A stretch of 64,000 nucleotides of DNA. Origin: Candidatus Multivoradales bacterium. GTDB taxonomy: Bacteria > Acidobacteriota > Thermoanaerobaculia > Multivoradales > Multivoraceae. Below, piece by piece: positions 7,849 to 17,766 of this stretch. The notes below the pieces were generated by a model. It worked only from the letters and a program-made list of their open reading frames with translations. It did no database searches and was not told where the DNA came from. The stretch lies in the NCBI GenBank assembly GCA_965223325.1, contig CBDCWI010000002.1, positions 3,872,001-3,936,000 of the forward strand, written 5' to 3'. A program made the translations under genes and the position numbers. How positions within the stretch are numbered: position 1 is the stretch's first letter; each line of letters begins with the position of its first letter.

Positions 7849-10572
7849 ATGTCTAGTGCATTCAATTTGATGGAATCGTCAATGAATCGTAAATCATTTC
7901 TCGTGACCCTATGCGTCGTGTTGGCGCTGGTGGTCTCTTCAAGTGCCTTTGGTCAATCGGCAACTCGCCTCGATCCTGTGAAGGTCGAAGACCTCGCCCT
8001 TCAGCAGGGTGCGGCTGATGCTCAAGTGGAGCTACGCGCAAGCGGCAGCATCGTTTGGACTCAGTACCGGGACGCCGACGCGAACCTGGTCATCGAACTA
8101 CCAAACACCACTGTTGACCCGGGTTTCGAAGGCCTTGCCGCCCCCGAAGGGTTGGTCGAAGCCATCGAAGTCGACGCCGACACGAGTGGGCCACGCCCGC
8201 TGACCAGGATCGTCGTCAAGACGCGTCAGGCGGCGGAGCACACCCTGAGTGTCGATGGCTCGCTCTTGCAGCTTCAGCTCACCGAGGTTGGCGCGGTCGT
8301 CGCGGACGCGGCGGCGAACGACCCGGCTCCCGAGCTCATGCCTGTCGAGCAGCCACTGCCCACCGTCGAAACTGCTCCCGAGCAGGCCTTTGAAGAAGCA
8401 CCGGTTGACACAGCGTTTGACGCGGGCTCCGAGGCCATCGAAGCGCAACCGGCCGTCGAGGAGCTCGGAACCGAGGTTCTCGCCGCTGACACGGTGACGC
8501 CGCTCGAGAACAGCGATACGACGGAGACCTGGGAAGAGGCGCCAGCTCCGATCGCCCCAGTACCCCCCGTGCCGGCGATCAGGCTGGGAACAGCGGACAA
8601 CCCGGCCTGGGGCCCAGCCCCGACCGGAATTGCAGCCAGCCGTCTGGAAGGCGTCCTGCTCGAGCAGGGTGCTGTCGCTAGCGACACTGTGGTTCGCGTT
8701 CTCGGGGACGGGCAGTTTCGCTACACGACCTTCCTGCTCGAAGACCCAGCGCGCTTCGTGATCGACCTGCAGGGCGCAGTCAACGTGTCCTCGCAGAGTT
8801 CGGTCGCCGTGTCGGGCGGATACCTCGATCGCGTGCGCATGTCCCAGTTCGCTCCCCAGCCCGATCCCGTCTCTCGCGTCGTTTTCGATCTCGCGGACTC
8901 GGCTTGGCCGGTGATCGAGACGACGGACTCCGGTCTTGCCGTTCGGTTTGTCGAAGATGGTCATCCGGCCCTGGCGGCCGCGACGCCCACAGCGACCGAC
9001 TGGGAGTCAACCGCCAGCCAGGATTCCTTCGCCGAGACTGCCGTGGCGAGCTCCGATTCTCTCGGCGAGCCCGTGGTGGTCGCGGAGACGGCCGAGTGGG
9101 CCGAGGAAACGCCCCTCGTCGTCGAGCGCGGTGAGATGCCGGCCTACCCGGTGGACGAGAACACGACCGGCAACGTCAGCCTCTTTGAAGCACAGGATGT
9201 CGAGATCGAACAACCGCAGCCGCTCGTGCAGTCGGCCGGTTCCGATCCGTTCGGAGTTCGCAACATCGATGCAACTGGCCAGCGCGAGTACTTCGGCGAG
9301 CCGATCAGCATGAGCCTCAAGGACGCCGACATCACCGAGGTCCTGCGTTCGATCGCGCGCCTCTCGGGTCTGAACATCGTCATCCAGCCTGGAGTTGATG
9401 GCCCGGTAACCGTCGAGCTCGATCGGGTGCCGTGGGATCAGGCGCTCGAGCAGATTCTCAAGATCAACAACCTGGGCATGCAGCTCGAAGGCAATATCTT
9501 GCGCATCGCACCGGTCGGCCAGCTGCGCAAGGAGGCTCGAGAGGCTCAGGAGCTCCAGCTTGCCAAGGCGCTCTCAGTACCGCTCAAGACGGTCCTCAAG
9601 CGCATCAGCTACGCCAAGGCCGCGAACATTGCTCGGATCTTGACCACTGCGCAGCGTTCGCGCGGTGGCAACCGGGGCAACATAGCCCTCAATCAGCAGC
9701 GTGGCATTCTCAGTCAGCGCGGCACGATCTCAGTCGATACGCGCACCAACACGCTCATCATTCAGGAACTACCCGACTACCTGGACACCGTGATTCAGGT
9801 GATCGAGAACCTCGACATCCCTGAGAAGCAGGTGATGATCGAAGCCCGCATCATCGAGACCACCCGCAATTTCAGTCGCACCCTGGGTGTGGGTTGGAAT
9901 TTCAGTGGTGTCGCAGACAACCGTTACGGCAACACGACGGGCTTGCAGTTCCCGAACAACATCACGGGAGCCAACGGGGCCGAGCGCGCACAGGGCGGGG
10001 TCAACTTGCTGACTGGTGGCAACAACGGGTTCTTGAACTTCGGGCTGGGCAACATCCTGAACACCTTCGAGCTCGACGTGCAACTTCAAGCCGCCGAAAC
10101 CGATGGCTTGGTCAACGTGATCTCGGCCCCCAAGGTGGCGACGCTGAACAACGAACAGGCATCGATCCAGACGGGTCTTCAAATTCCGATTCAGACCGTC
10201 GCCAACAACACGGTTTCGGTTCAGTTCATCAACGCGACCTTGCGCCTGGATGTCACCCCACAGGTCACGGCCGAGGGCACGATCCTGATGGACATCAACA
10301 TTCAGAAGCGTGAGCCTCAGCTCGGCCTGATCATCACTGGTGCAACGAACGCACCGATCGCCACGCGCGAGGCACGTACCCGGGTGATCGTGCGCGACGG
10401 CGGCACGGCGGTCATCGGTGGCATCTACGAAGTTTCGGCCAACCAGGGTACCGACAAGGTCCCGGGTCTCGCCAACATCCCCCTCCTTGGCCATCTCTTC
10501 AAGAATCGAAGCAAGAGCAACCAGAATGAGGAACTGCTCATCTTCATCACGCCTCGAGTGATTCAGCTGTAG
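7849..10572 (+). CDS. pilQ: Type IV pilus secretin PilQ with two AMIN domains
   Basis: Signal peptide, AMIN-like repeats (LEDPARFVIDL), YxGEPISxxLKDAD, VPWDQAL, QVMIEARI, KVPGLANIPLLGHLF..ELLIFITPR. Confidence 0.96.
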   Translation: MSSAFNLMESSMNRKSFLVTLCVVLALVVSSSAFGQSATRLDPVKVEDLALQQGAADAQVELRASGSIVWTQYRDADANLVIELPNTTVDPGFEGLAAPEGLVEAIEVDADTSGPRPLTRIVVKTRQAAEHTLSVDGSLLQLQLTEVGAVVADAAANDPAPELMPVEQPLPTVETAPEQAFEEAPVDTAFDAGSEAIEAQPAVEELGTEVLAADTVTPLENSDTTETWEEAPAPIAPVPPVPAIRLGTADNPAWGPAPTGIAASRLEGVLLEQGAVASDTVVRVLGDGQFRYTTFLLEDPARFVIDLQGAVNVSSQSSVAVSGGYLDRVRMSQFAPQPDPVSRVVFDLADSAWPVIETTDSGLAVRFVEDGHPALAAATPTATDWESTASQDSFAETAVASSDSLGEPVVVAETAEWAEETPLVVERGEMPAYPVDENTTGNVSLFEAQDVEIEQPQPLVQSAGSDPFGVRNIDATGQREYFGEPISMSLKDADITEVLRSIARLSGLNIVIQPGVDGPVTVELDRVPWDQALEQILKINNLGMQLEGNILRIAPVGQLRKEAREAQELQLAKALSVPLKTVLKRISYAKAANIARILTTAQRSRGGNRGNIALNQQRGILSQRGTISVDTRTNTLIIQELPDYLDTVIQVIENLDIPEKQVMIEARIIETTRNFSRTLGVGWNFSGVADNRYGNTTGLQFPNNITGANGAERAQGGVNLLTGGNNGFLNFGLGNILNTFELDVQLQAAETDGLVNVISAPKVATLNNEQASIQTGLQIPIQTVANNTVSVQFINATLRLDVTPQVTAEGTILMDINIQKREPQLGLIITGATNAPIATREARTRVIVRDGGTAVIGGIYEVSANQGTDKVPGLANIPLLGHLFKNRSKSNQNEELLIFITPRVIQL

Positions 10573-10593
10573 GACCCTCCGGAGAAAACAGGA

Positions 10594-11181
10594 ATGAAAA
10601 AGACACTTGCAATCCTCATTTCGCTTTTCGCGGCTGTCTCACTGATCAGCTGTGAGAGTTCGACGCAGAAGACCGATGGTGGTGGCATTATCTTGTCGAT
10701 CACCGACTTCGGCGAGGCCCCGCTTTCGCCGAGCGTGAACTTCGCGGCGTCGCCTTTCGACCCCCAGAACGAGTTTCTGACCGGTGGCTATATCGCCTTG
10801 TCGAACGTCGTGATCGCGGCGGTCGTCAAGGAGCCCAATGCGCCGACCGCCAATCTGCAGAACGTCGAGCTGCAGGCGATCGAAGTGACCTACACCCGCG
10901 GCGATCAGGGGACTCGCGTACCCCCGCCGATCGTGCAGAACATCTTCGGCGTCATCACGCCGGGCGGCACGAACACCCTGAATCGCGTCGACATCATTAC
11001 TCCAGAGCAGCTCAGTGAGCCGCCGGTCGAGGACCTTCTCTGGGAGAACGGTGGCCTTGATCTGGAAACCCGCGACGAGTCGATCGTTCTCGTCGCCCAC
11101 ATCCGCGCCTTCGGTCGCGGCCTGTCCGGAGAAGAGCTGGTGTCGGCCCCGGCTAAGTATTCCTTTCGTTTGGTGCCCTGA
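10594..11181 (+). CDS. Lipoprotein of unknown function (beta-rich)
   Basis: MKK-hydrophobic-LISC lipobox; 21 nt after pilQ. Confidence 0.8.
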   Translation: MKKTLAILISLFAAVSLISCESSTQKTDGGGIILSITDFGEAPLSPSVNFAASPFDPQNEFLTGGYIALSNVVIAAVVKEPNAPTANLQNVELQAIEVTYTRGDQGTRVPPPIVQNIFGVITPGGTNTLNRVDIITPEQLSEPPVEDLLWENGGLDLETRDESIVLVAHIRAFGRGLSGEELVSAPAKYSFRLVP

Positions 11182-11196
11182 GGAGACTTCTAAATC

Positions 11197-13146
11197 ATGA
11201 ACATGCAATCTAAACTGCCGGCGCGCTGGCGCCACCTGGGATACTTCTTCCTGTTGGTGGCTTTCCTGGTGAGCATCGGCTGCTCAAAGGACCGTCCTTC
11301 GGAACCTGTTCCGAATGAGACTACGGTGCCCGTTGCGACGTACAACGTCACTGTGGCTTTGTCGCAGAACTCAATCGAGGCGAACTCGCCAAACACTGTC
11401 AACGTAACGGTGACAGTGCGACATGCCGGCAACGGCAATCCTCCCCCGCGTGGAACGAAGGCCGTCGTCACGACGACGATGGGTGGCTTCATCTCCGGAA
11501 CCGAGCAGTTTCAGCGTATAGAGGTCGAACTGCCTGACAACGGTCAGATCACCCTGGCCCTGTCGCCAGGCGCAGCCGCCGGACGCGCTGTCATCGATGC
11601 GCTCGTCCAGGGCGCTCGCGGTCGCAATGAGCTGCAGATCACGGGTGGCCAGGTCTTCTCGTTGAACCGTGTTGACCCCAACCGTGGCAGCCCCAACGGT
11701 GGAGAAGCGATTCGTATCTACGGTTCGGGCTTTGTCTCGCCGGTTACGGTCAAGTTCGACGGCGTCGATGCCCGTGTTCTCGGTGTCACCCCAACCCAGA
11801 TTCGGGTCGAGGTGCCGGGGCTTCCGAACGGTTCCCTGCCGGGCGGTGGCACCGAGCTTGCTGTGGACGTGTCGGTTTCCAATGGTTCCGGTGGAACACA
11901 GACCCTCACCGACGCCTTCTTCTACTCAGAACTCGGTTCGGCCTCCGACAAGCCGCGCATCTTCTCGATCGATCCGAATTCCGGTCCGACTGCGGGCGGC
12001 AACCAGGTCACCATCCGAGGCGATGGCTTTGTCCAGCCGCTGCGGATCGAGTTCCAGTCGGGACCAGACCTCAGTTCTGCCGCCGGCGCTGGCGCCGAAG
12101 CACAGTTGGTGTCCTTCTCGCCGACGGAACTGGTGGTGATCGCACCGCGGGTGACGACGATGAACGGCGCCGGCGATGTTCGGGTAACCAACGTCGAGAC
12201 CGGCAGATTCGGAGTCTTCACCGACGGCTACACCTTTACCGATATCGAGGTCTTCTCGGTCTCTCCGAGTCAGGGGCCGGCAGCGGGTGGCACGCAGGTG
12301 ACCATCTTCGGCTCAGGTTTCACGGAACCTCTGGAAGTCAAATTCGGTGGAGCAATCGCCACCGTGGTGTCGGTGACCTCGGATCAGATCGTTGCAGTCA
12401 CGGGGCCGGCAACTCTGACGAGTTGCGCCGACTTCACGACGCCGGTGACGGTCACCCAGCTCACCGCTGGAGTGTCCGGCACGGGCGGAGCGTTCACCTA
12501 CCTGGTGAGCATGCCGACCGTGACGTCGATCTCGCCGTCGAGCGGGTCGCAGAACGGCGGAGCCAACTTGACGATCACAGGTACCGACCTGGGCCAGGTG
12601 CAGGAGGTCCGCTTCGGAGACGGAGGATCGACCTTCGGCACGTCGAACGCGAGTAATGCAACGTCGACGACTGTCAACGTCGTAACGCCATCTGCCCCGG
12701 ACAGCTTCTTCGACACCGTCAGCTGCACGATCGCGGGTGGCGGTAGCGGAACCCAGGCGGTGAACACGACGGCAACCGTTTCGGTCGTCGACTCGGCGAC
12801 CACTTGCACGGCATCGGGCACCTTTACCTACAGTCCCAGCAACCCGACCTGCCAGGCCGGCGGTGGCGGTGGTGGAACGGGCGGTGCGTGTGCGGTGGCT
12901 GACTTCACCGCGACGGTTGATCCGGTGACCTCGATGGTGACCTTCACGGATCAGTCGACGGGCGACATCGGCTCGTACTTCTGGGACTACGACGACGGCA
13001 ATACGTCGACGGTGATGGGTACCAACACCTACACCTACGCCGCACCCGGGACCTACTCGGTCACCCTGGTGGTCACCTACTCCGGCCCGTCCGGTGGCAC
13101 CTGCCCCGGCTCGTCAATGGACTCTCAGGCGGTCGTCGTGCCGTAG
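11197..13146 (+). CDS. Lipoprotein with Ig-like, about 4 IPT/TIG and C-terminal PKD domains
   Basis: SIGC lipobox; repeated (V/I)xPxxGxxxGGxxVTIxGxGF units; PKD signature FTDQSTG...WDYDDG...YxxPGTYSVTL. Confidence 0.88.
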   Translation: MNMQSKLPARWRHLGYFFLLVAFLVSIGCSKDRPSEPVPNETTVPVATYNVTVALSQNSIEANSPNTVNVTVTVRHAGNGNPPPRGTKAVVTTTMGGFISGTEQFQRIEVELPDNGQITLALSPGAAAGRAVIDALVQGARGRNELQITGGQVFSLNRVDPNRGSPNGGEAIRIYGSGFVSPVTVKFDGVDARVLGVTPTQIRVEVPGLPNGSLPGGGTELAVDVSVSNGSGGTQTLTDAFFYSELGSASDKPRIFSIDPNSGPTAGGNQVTIRGDGFVQPLRIEFQSGPDLSSAAGAGAEAQLVSFSPTELVVIAPRVTTMNGAGDVRVTNVETGRFGVFTDGYTFTDIEVFSVSPSQGPAAGGTQVTIFGSGFTEPLEVKFGGAIATVVSVTSDQIVAVTGPATLTSCADFTTPVTVTQLTAGVSGTGGAFTYLVSMPTVTSISPSSGSQNGGANLTITGTDLGQVQEVRFGDGGSTFGTSNASNATSTTVNVVTPSAPDSFFDTVSCTIAGGGSGTQAVNTTATVSVVDSATTCTASGTFTYSPSNPTCQAGGGGGGTGGACAVADFTATVDPVTSMVTFTDQSTGDIGSYFWDYDDGNTSTVMGTNTYTYAAPGTYSVTLVVTYSGPSGGTCPGSSMDSQAVVVP

Positions 13147-13182
13147 TCAGTATGCAGGCCTGGATGGGCCTGGATGGATTCG

Positions 13183-13217
13183 AGGGAGGGTGGTTGAAAG
13201 ACCATCCTCCCTTTGTC
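13183..13217 (+). terminator. Intrinsic terminator after the IPT/PKD lipoprotein gene
   Basis: AGGGAGGGTGGT-TGAAAG-ACCATCCTCCCT stem followed by TTGT. Confidence 0.6.
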
Positions 13218-13285
13218 CGTTTCGCGCTACCAGGATGTTGGGCACTGCAATAGACGATCTCGAGCCTCGCTCCGTATACTGAAAC

Positions 13286-14215
13286 GTGATGAGAAACCCC
13301 ATGCGCCTATTCGTCGTCCTAGCACTCTCCCTCGCGGCTCTAGCGGCCCTCGCCGCTTGTGATTCCGCGAGCCCTGTGGCTCCCGAAGGGACGGTACTGA
13401 CCATCAGCGTCAACCCGACGCGGATTTCAGCCACCGGCGAAGCCGACGTGCGCGTGGTTGCCCGCAAGCCCAATGGCAACGCGGTCAACACTGGGACCTT
13501 GATTCGGTTCACTACCAGCCTGGGCGACATCCCGTCGACCGTGCCGACGGACGGTTTCGGCGAGGCGCGTACCAAGATCAGGGGGACCGGCGTCGCCGGC
13601 GTCGCCTCGATTCGTGCCAGCACGGGCAGCTCCGAGGAGGTCACCGTCGACGTGCGCATCGGGCTGCAGGCCGGTGCGGTCAGTCTGCAGGCGAACCCGT
13701 CGTCGGTCCCCGAGACGGGCGGCGATGTCACTCTCCTGGCGGTGATTCGCGATGATGAGGGTCAACCGCTCGAGAACGCGACAGTCAACTTCCGCTCCTC
13801 GACCGGCTCGCTAGCTTCGGGCGGCGGCATTCTCACGACCGACAGCCAAGGCAGCGTCAGTGACGTTCTAACCGTCGCCGCCAGCGACATCGACGCTCTC
13901 GCTGGTGACAGCTTCCCGGTCGACGTCGAAGTCGGTAGTTCCGGTGGCAGCCTGACTGCCCAGACCACCGTGTCCGTTCTGCGCCTGCCCAAGGCAGACT
14001 TCAGCTTCAGCGCCAACAACCTCAATGTCGTCTTCCAGGACACCTCAACCGGCAACCCAACCGAGTGGCGCTGGGAATTCGGTGATGGCAACACGAGCAC
14101 GTCGCAGAACCCAAGCAACGCCTATCCCGGTCCCGATACTTATACCGTGACGCTCCGGGTCTCGAACAGTCTCGGGTCCTCGACTACCTCGAAACTGGTG
14201 CGTGTGAATCAGTAG
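13286..14215 (+). CDS. Lipoprotein with two Big_1/invasin-like Ig domains and a PKD domain
   Basis: LAAC lipobox; VIRDDEGQPLENATVNF..TTDSQG; PKD signature FQDTSTGNPTEWRWEFGDG..YTVTLRVSN. Confidence 0.88.
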   Translation: MMRNPMRLFVVLALSLAALAALAACDSASPVAPEGTVLTISVNPTRISATGEADVRVVARKPNGNAVNTGTLIRFTTSLGDIPSTVPTDGFGEARTKIRGTGVAGVASIRASTGSSEEVTVDVRIGLQAGAVSLQANPSSVPETGGDVTLLAVIRDDEGQPLENATVNFRSSTGSLASGGGILTTDSQGSVSDVLTVAASDIDALAGDSFPVDVEVGSSGGSLTAQTTVSVLRLPKADFSFSANNLNVVFQDTSTGNPTEWRWEFGDGNTSTSQNPSNAYPGPDTYTVTLRVSNSLGSSTTSKLVRVNQ

Positions 14216-14345
14216 CTGACACCTGCTTGCTCAGTTGCAGTTGCTGTGTTGCGCGGGCGCGGACGGCCAGGTTCGCGTGGTGAGTTCGGGATTGTGAGGA
14301 TGTGCCAGGCCGCCCTTTCGGAGTTGGCTTGCGCTCGTGTGTGGG

Positions 14346-14382
14346 GTGAGGGGGGTGTACGCTCGTGCTTCGCACATCGCGC
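14346..14382 (+). repeat. Dispersed repeat core motif, copy 1
   Basis: GTGAGGGGGGTGTACGCTCGTGCTTCGCACATCGCGC, near-identical to copies at about 40.4, 40.6 (reverse), 46.85 and 47.0 kb. Confidence 0.9.
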
Positions 14383-14496
14383 GTTCATGCGCGCGCCTGC
14401 GGCGGCCTGCGCGGAAAGCTACTTCCATCCAGGCTGGCCGGCAAGGACGGTGGTCTTGCCGATGTACTCTTCGTTGCGAAGGGAGGCTAAGGGCTT

Positions 14497-15249
14497 ATGG
14501 GTTTTCGCTGGATGGTTGGAGTGACGGTGGTTATTGTTCTTGGTTGTGCTCCGGTCGTGAAGGAGTCGGCTGAGTCTTCGGGGCCGGCGGCCTCTGCCCT
14601 GCCAGGGGCCCGCTTGCAGCCGGGCACCGAGCTGGGGATCTATGCGCCGGAGCAGCACATGCCCTATGACGGGCGCTTCCGGATTCGGGGCTCTTCGATC
14701 TTCCAAGTGGGGACGCTCTCGGACCCGTCACCCTGGGACCACATGGGGGACGACGCGGCGTCGTTGCGCCCGGTGGAGGGGATCGTGGAGTTCGATGTCG
14801 ATGAGATCAACAACACGGGGACCTTTCGGGCGGCGCTCGACTTGCCCGAGGGGCACTACGTGGTGGAGCTCGAGGAGGTGGTTGAGTTTTCGCCGTGTCA
14901 GGACGGGGGCATCGCGGCGTTCATCTTTGAGCACGGCGATGCGGGGTGTGGAGACAGCAACTGGCCCAAGAGCCTCCTCTATGTCGCCGGCTGGGGCACG
15001 GGCAAGGCCACCCTCGACGGTGAACTGCTCTACCAGGACTACCAGATCCACTTCATGGTTACCCAGGGCATGCGTGATCGCGAGACACTCGAGGTCTTTG
15101 CGAATCCCGAGCGCTCGGGCCCAGGGGCCGTGAATCCGGCCGCGCAGCAGCTCGACTTCTATATCCGGAGTCCCGAGAAGAACGCCGAGAACCATCCTCA
15201 GCGTGAGGTCTTTGACCACTTCTTCGCCATGGAAGTGGCTTGGCGCTAG
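14497..15249 (+). CDS. Putative lipoprotein, unknown function
   Basis: VLGC lipobox-like; globular composition; GGGAGG SD upstream. Confidence 0.75.
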   Translation: MGFRWMVGVTVVIVLGCAPVVKESAESSGPAASALPGARLQPGTELGIYAPEQHMPYDGRFRIRGSSIFQVGTLSDPSPWDHMGDDAASLRPVEGIVEFDVDEINNTGTFRAALDLPEGHYVVELEEVVEFSPCQDGGIAAFIFEHGDAGCGDSNWPKSLLYVAGWGTGKATLDGELLYQDYQIHFMVTQGMRDRETLEVFANPERSGPGAVNPAAQQLDFYIRSPEKNAENHPQREVFDHFFAMEVAWR

Positions 15250-15364
15250 CCAGAGGATCTGAGCCGAGGGGCTATTTTCCTGGTTTTTCGCTGTTATACT
15301 CGTTTACTTGACGGGAGCCTCGGCTCCCCGTGTGTCTGGCTGGAGCCTGAAGGAGCCAAGTGCA

Positions 15365-16993
15365 ATGACGGATCGTCTGGAACAACTCGAGACAAGGTGG
15401 GCGAATGACCCCGAGTCGCGCATCTTTCTGCAACTGGCGGAGGAGTACCGGCGCGGCGGTCGCGCCGCCGATGCCATTCCCGTCCTCGAGAAGGGCCTGG
15501 AGCACCATGGCAACTGGATCGGTGCTCAGGTATGCCTTGGGCGCTGCCGGCTAGAGACCGGTAACCCGGTTGGAGCGGCGGCTTGCCTCGAGGCGGTGGT
15601 GCGCAAGGACCCGACACAGTTGATGGCCTACCGGCTGCTGGTCGAAGCCTACATCGACCTCCACGACGCCGAGTCGGCGACCGATCGTTTGCAACTCTAC
15701 GACCAGCTCAACGAGGGTGATCCCGAAGTCGAGTTGCTGCGCGAGCGCGTTTCGGCGCTCCAGGGTGGGGAGCCCGCGGTTTCCGTGGCCGAGGTCGCCA
15801 CAGAAGGGGATGCGTCCGACCACGAAGCGTTGATCGACGAGGACGACACGGCGTCTGAGGTGTCGGTGATGGAGATTCCGCCGGAGGAGGCGCCTCCGCT
15901 CGCGGAGGCTCCGACGCTGGAGGCCGTCACGCTGGTCGAAGACGACATGGCGGAGCAGCCGGAACTCGCGGTGGTCGACGAAGATTCTTACGCTCTCGAC
16001 CAACCGATCAGCGCCGAATTCGAAGCACCCGTTTCGCTCGATCCGGAACCGGCTTCAGCCGCGCAAGTCGAAGCGCAGGAGGAAGAGAACTTCGAGGACG
16101 AGACCATGGAGCTGTCGTCAGACTCGTTTGGCCAGACATTCGACCAGCCAACCGATTTGTCTGCCGAAGAGGAGTTCGACGCTCCCGAGGAAGTCGTCGA
16201 CGCGCAGCCTGAACTTTCCGCCTTCGACGATCAGGACGAGGCCGCGGCCGATGACGAGGACTTCGGCGAAGACGCGGTGGCGGCTTCTGACTGGCACCAT
16301 GCTGAACCCGAAGAGCTCGAGGCCGTTGTGGAGAGTTCTGAGGCCATGGACGACGTCCCAGTACGCACCCCGGTAGCTGCAGTGGCAGCGGGTCCGGTAC
16401 CGGCCGCCTCCAACGATGGGCCGCTCACATTCGTGCCGTCGGCAACCCCACCTCCCGATCTGGTCTCAGTCCTCACCGTAGCGCCACCGCGGATCCTCAG
16501 ACCACGCGAACGCCGATCGCCCGCGACCTCGAACGACCTGCCCGAGGCACCGGAGGTCCCCGAGCCTGCCGCTCCAGGAGTTCTTGCCGAGGAGAGCATG
16601 GACCGCAGCGGCGAGGTGGTTCCTGCGCCGCTGCCATTCAAACGAGCGACCGCAGAAGTCGTAGGCGAGGTGGTTGCGGCATCCTCTTCCCCGGCCATGG
16701 ATGCTCTCCGGCTTAGCGGTTCGATGCCAGCCCTCGATCTGTCGAAGACCCTTTCGGAGGGTGCCGAAGAGGTCTCCGCGGCGACGGGCCTATGGCCTGA
16801 CGATGAGCCGACTGCGGCGTCCGGAGGGCTTTCAACCCTCGGGCCGACCACCGTGGACGTGAGGGAGACCGGCGCAATGTCGGTGCGTGAACTCGTTGGC
16901 GATGCGGTGGCCGAGGGCGACTCGGAGGTCGAGAAGAAGTCGAACGTCTTGAAGTCGTACCTCGACCGGTTGCAGTCCAACAAGGACGACTAG
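15365..16993 (+). CDS. N-terminal TPR protein with long acidic disordered region
   Basis: DPESRIFLQLAEEYRRGG TPRs, D/E/P/A-rich linker, C-terminal amphipathic helix (LKSYLDRL); AAGGAG SD before ATG 15365. Confidence 0.85.
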   Translation: MTDRLEQLETRWANDPESRIFLQLAEEYRRGGRAADAIPVLEKGLEHHGNWIGAQVCLGRCRLETGNPVGAAACLEAVVRKDPTQLMAYRLLVEAYIDLHDAESATDRLQLYDQLNEGDPEVELLRERVSALQGGEPAVSVAEVATEGDASDHEALIDEDDTASEVSVMEIPPEEAPPLAEAPTLEAVTLVEDDMAEQPELAVVDEDSYALDQPISAEFEAPVSLDPEPASAAQVEAQEEENFEDETMELSSDSFGQTFDQPTDLSAEEEFDAPEEVVDAQPELSAFDDQDEAAADDEDFGEDAVAASDWHHAEPEELEAVVESSEAMDDVPVRTPVAAVAAGPVPAASNDGPLTFVPSATPPPDLVSVLTVAPPRILRPRERRSPATSNDLPEAPEVPEPAAPGVLAEESMDRSGEVVPAPLPFKRATAEVVGEVVAASSSPAMDALRLSGSMPALDLSKTLSEGAEEVSAATGLWPDDEPTAASGGLSTLGPTTVDVRETGAMSVRELVGDAVAEGDSEVEKKSNVLKSYLDRLQSNKDD

Positions 16994-17136
16994 ACCAGGC
17001 CTTTCGGGTTCGGGTAGCGTAGCGCGAGGTCGCTTGGCTCACCGCCAGCGCGACGAGACAAAACCCTTCTTGCGGCCATCACAAATGCCTCGAAAGAGCG
17101 CAGGGGGCCGTGGGACGGTCTGGAAAGGCTGACCTG

Positions 17137-17508
17137 GTGTTCCTGGAGCCGCTGAGCCGCATCGCAGAACGGATCGAGGGTGCGCAGGCGCTCGGCTTGT
17201 TCGCCGAGGACGGCGTGCAGATCGAATGCATCGAAGCGCGGGTAGACCCAGCGCCTTCGCTCGAAGAGTTGGGCGTCGAGTTGATGGCTCAGGCGCGGAG
17301 GATGCGCGCCAACCATCGCGAGATGGAGGCCGGCGGCGTTCGCTGCTACGTTGTGCAAACACAGGAGCGTGTCCTGGTCCTCGAGCGCTCGGTAGACGAG
17401 CACTGGTTGGTGCTGGTCGGCGACCCCGGAACCCCACTCGGAAGAGCGCGTTGGGAGTTGCGGCGCGCCGCCATCGAGCTGGGCCGCGAGCTCTCCGGTT
17501 TGCAGTGA
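17137..17508 (+). CDS. Roadblock/LC7 domain protein (MglB/MglC-like)
   Basis: MFxxxLxxI..IEGAxAxxLxxxDGV.. and C-terminal LGRARWELRRAA pattern; lies between the TPR gene and accB. Confidence 0.72.
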   Translation: MFLEPLSRIAERIEGAQALGLFAEDGVQIECIEARVDPAPSLEELGVELMAQARRMRANHREMEAGGVRCYVVQTQERVLVLERSVDEHWLVLVGDPGTPLGRARWELRRAAIELGRELSGLQ

Positions 17509-17766
17509 GTTGAGCCCGTAGGATCTCGCCTCGCTCCGATCTTGCGGTGGTAAGCTCTCGCTTTGCCGACCTGCAATTCCTACACTCACCAATCCTGCAT
17601 TCACCAACCCTTCTTTCAGCATCCTGACCGGGGCCCCCTCAGTCCGTAGCGCGCAACCGGCGCACTCGGCTGTGGGTTGATGTGAGGCACCCGCGTAGCC
17701 TTCGCCGCCCTCTCTTCGTGGGCTCGACCAGAGGATGGGTTTTGAACGCTTAGAGGGAGAACACCC

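Noticed and set aside
17586-17615. Short direct repeat TCACCAAYCCT upstream of accB
   Set aside because: Only two imperfect copies; could be chance.
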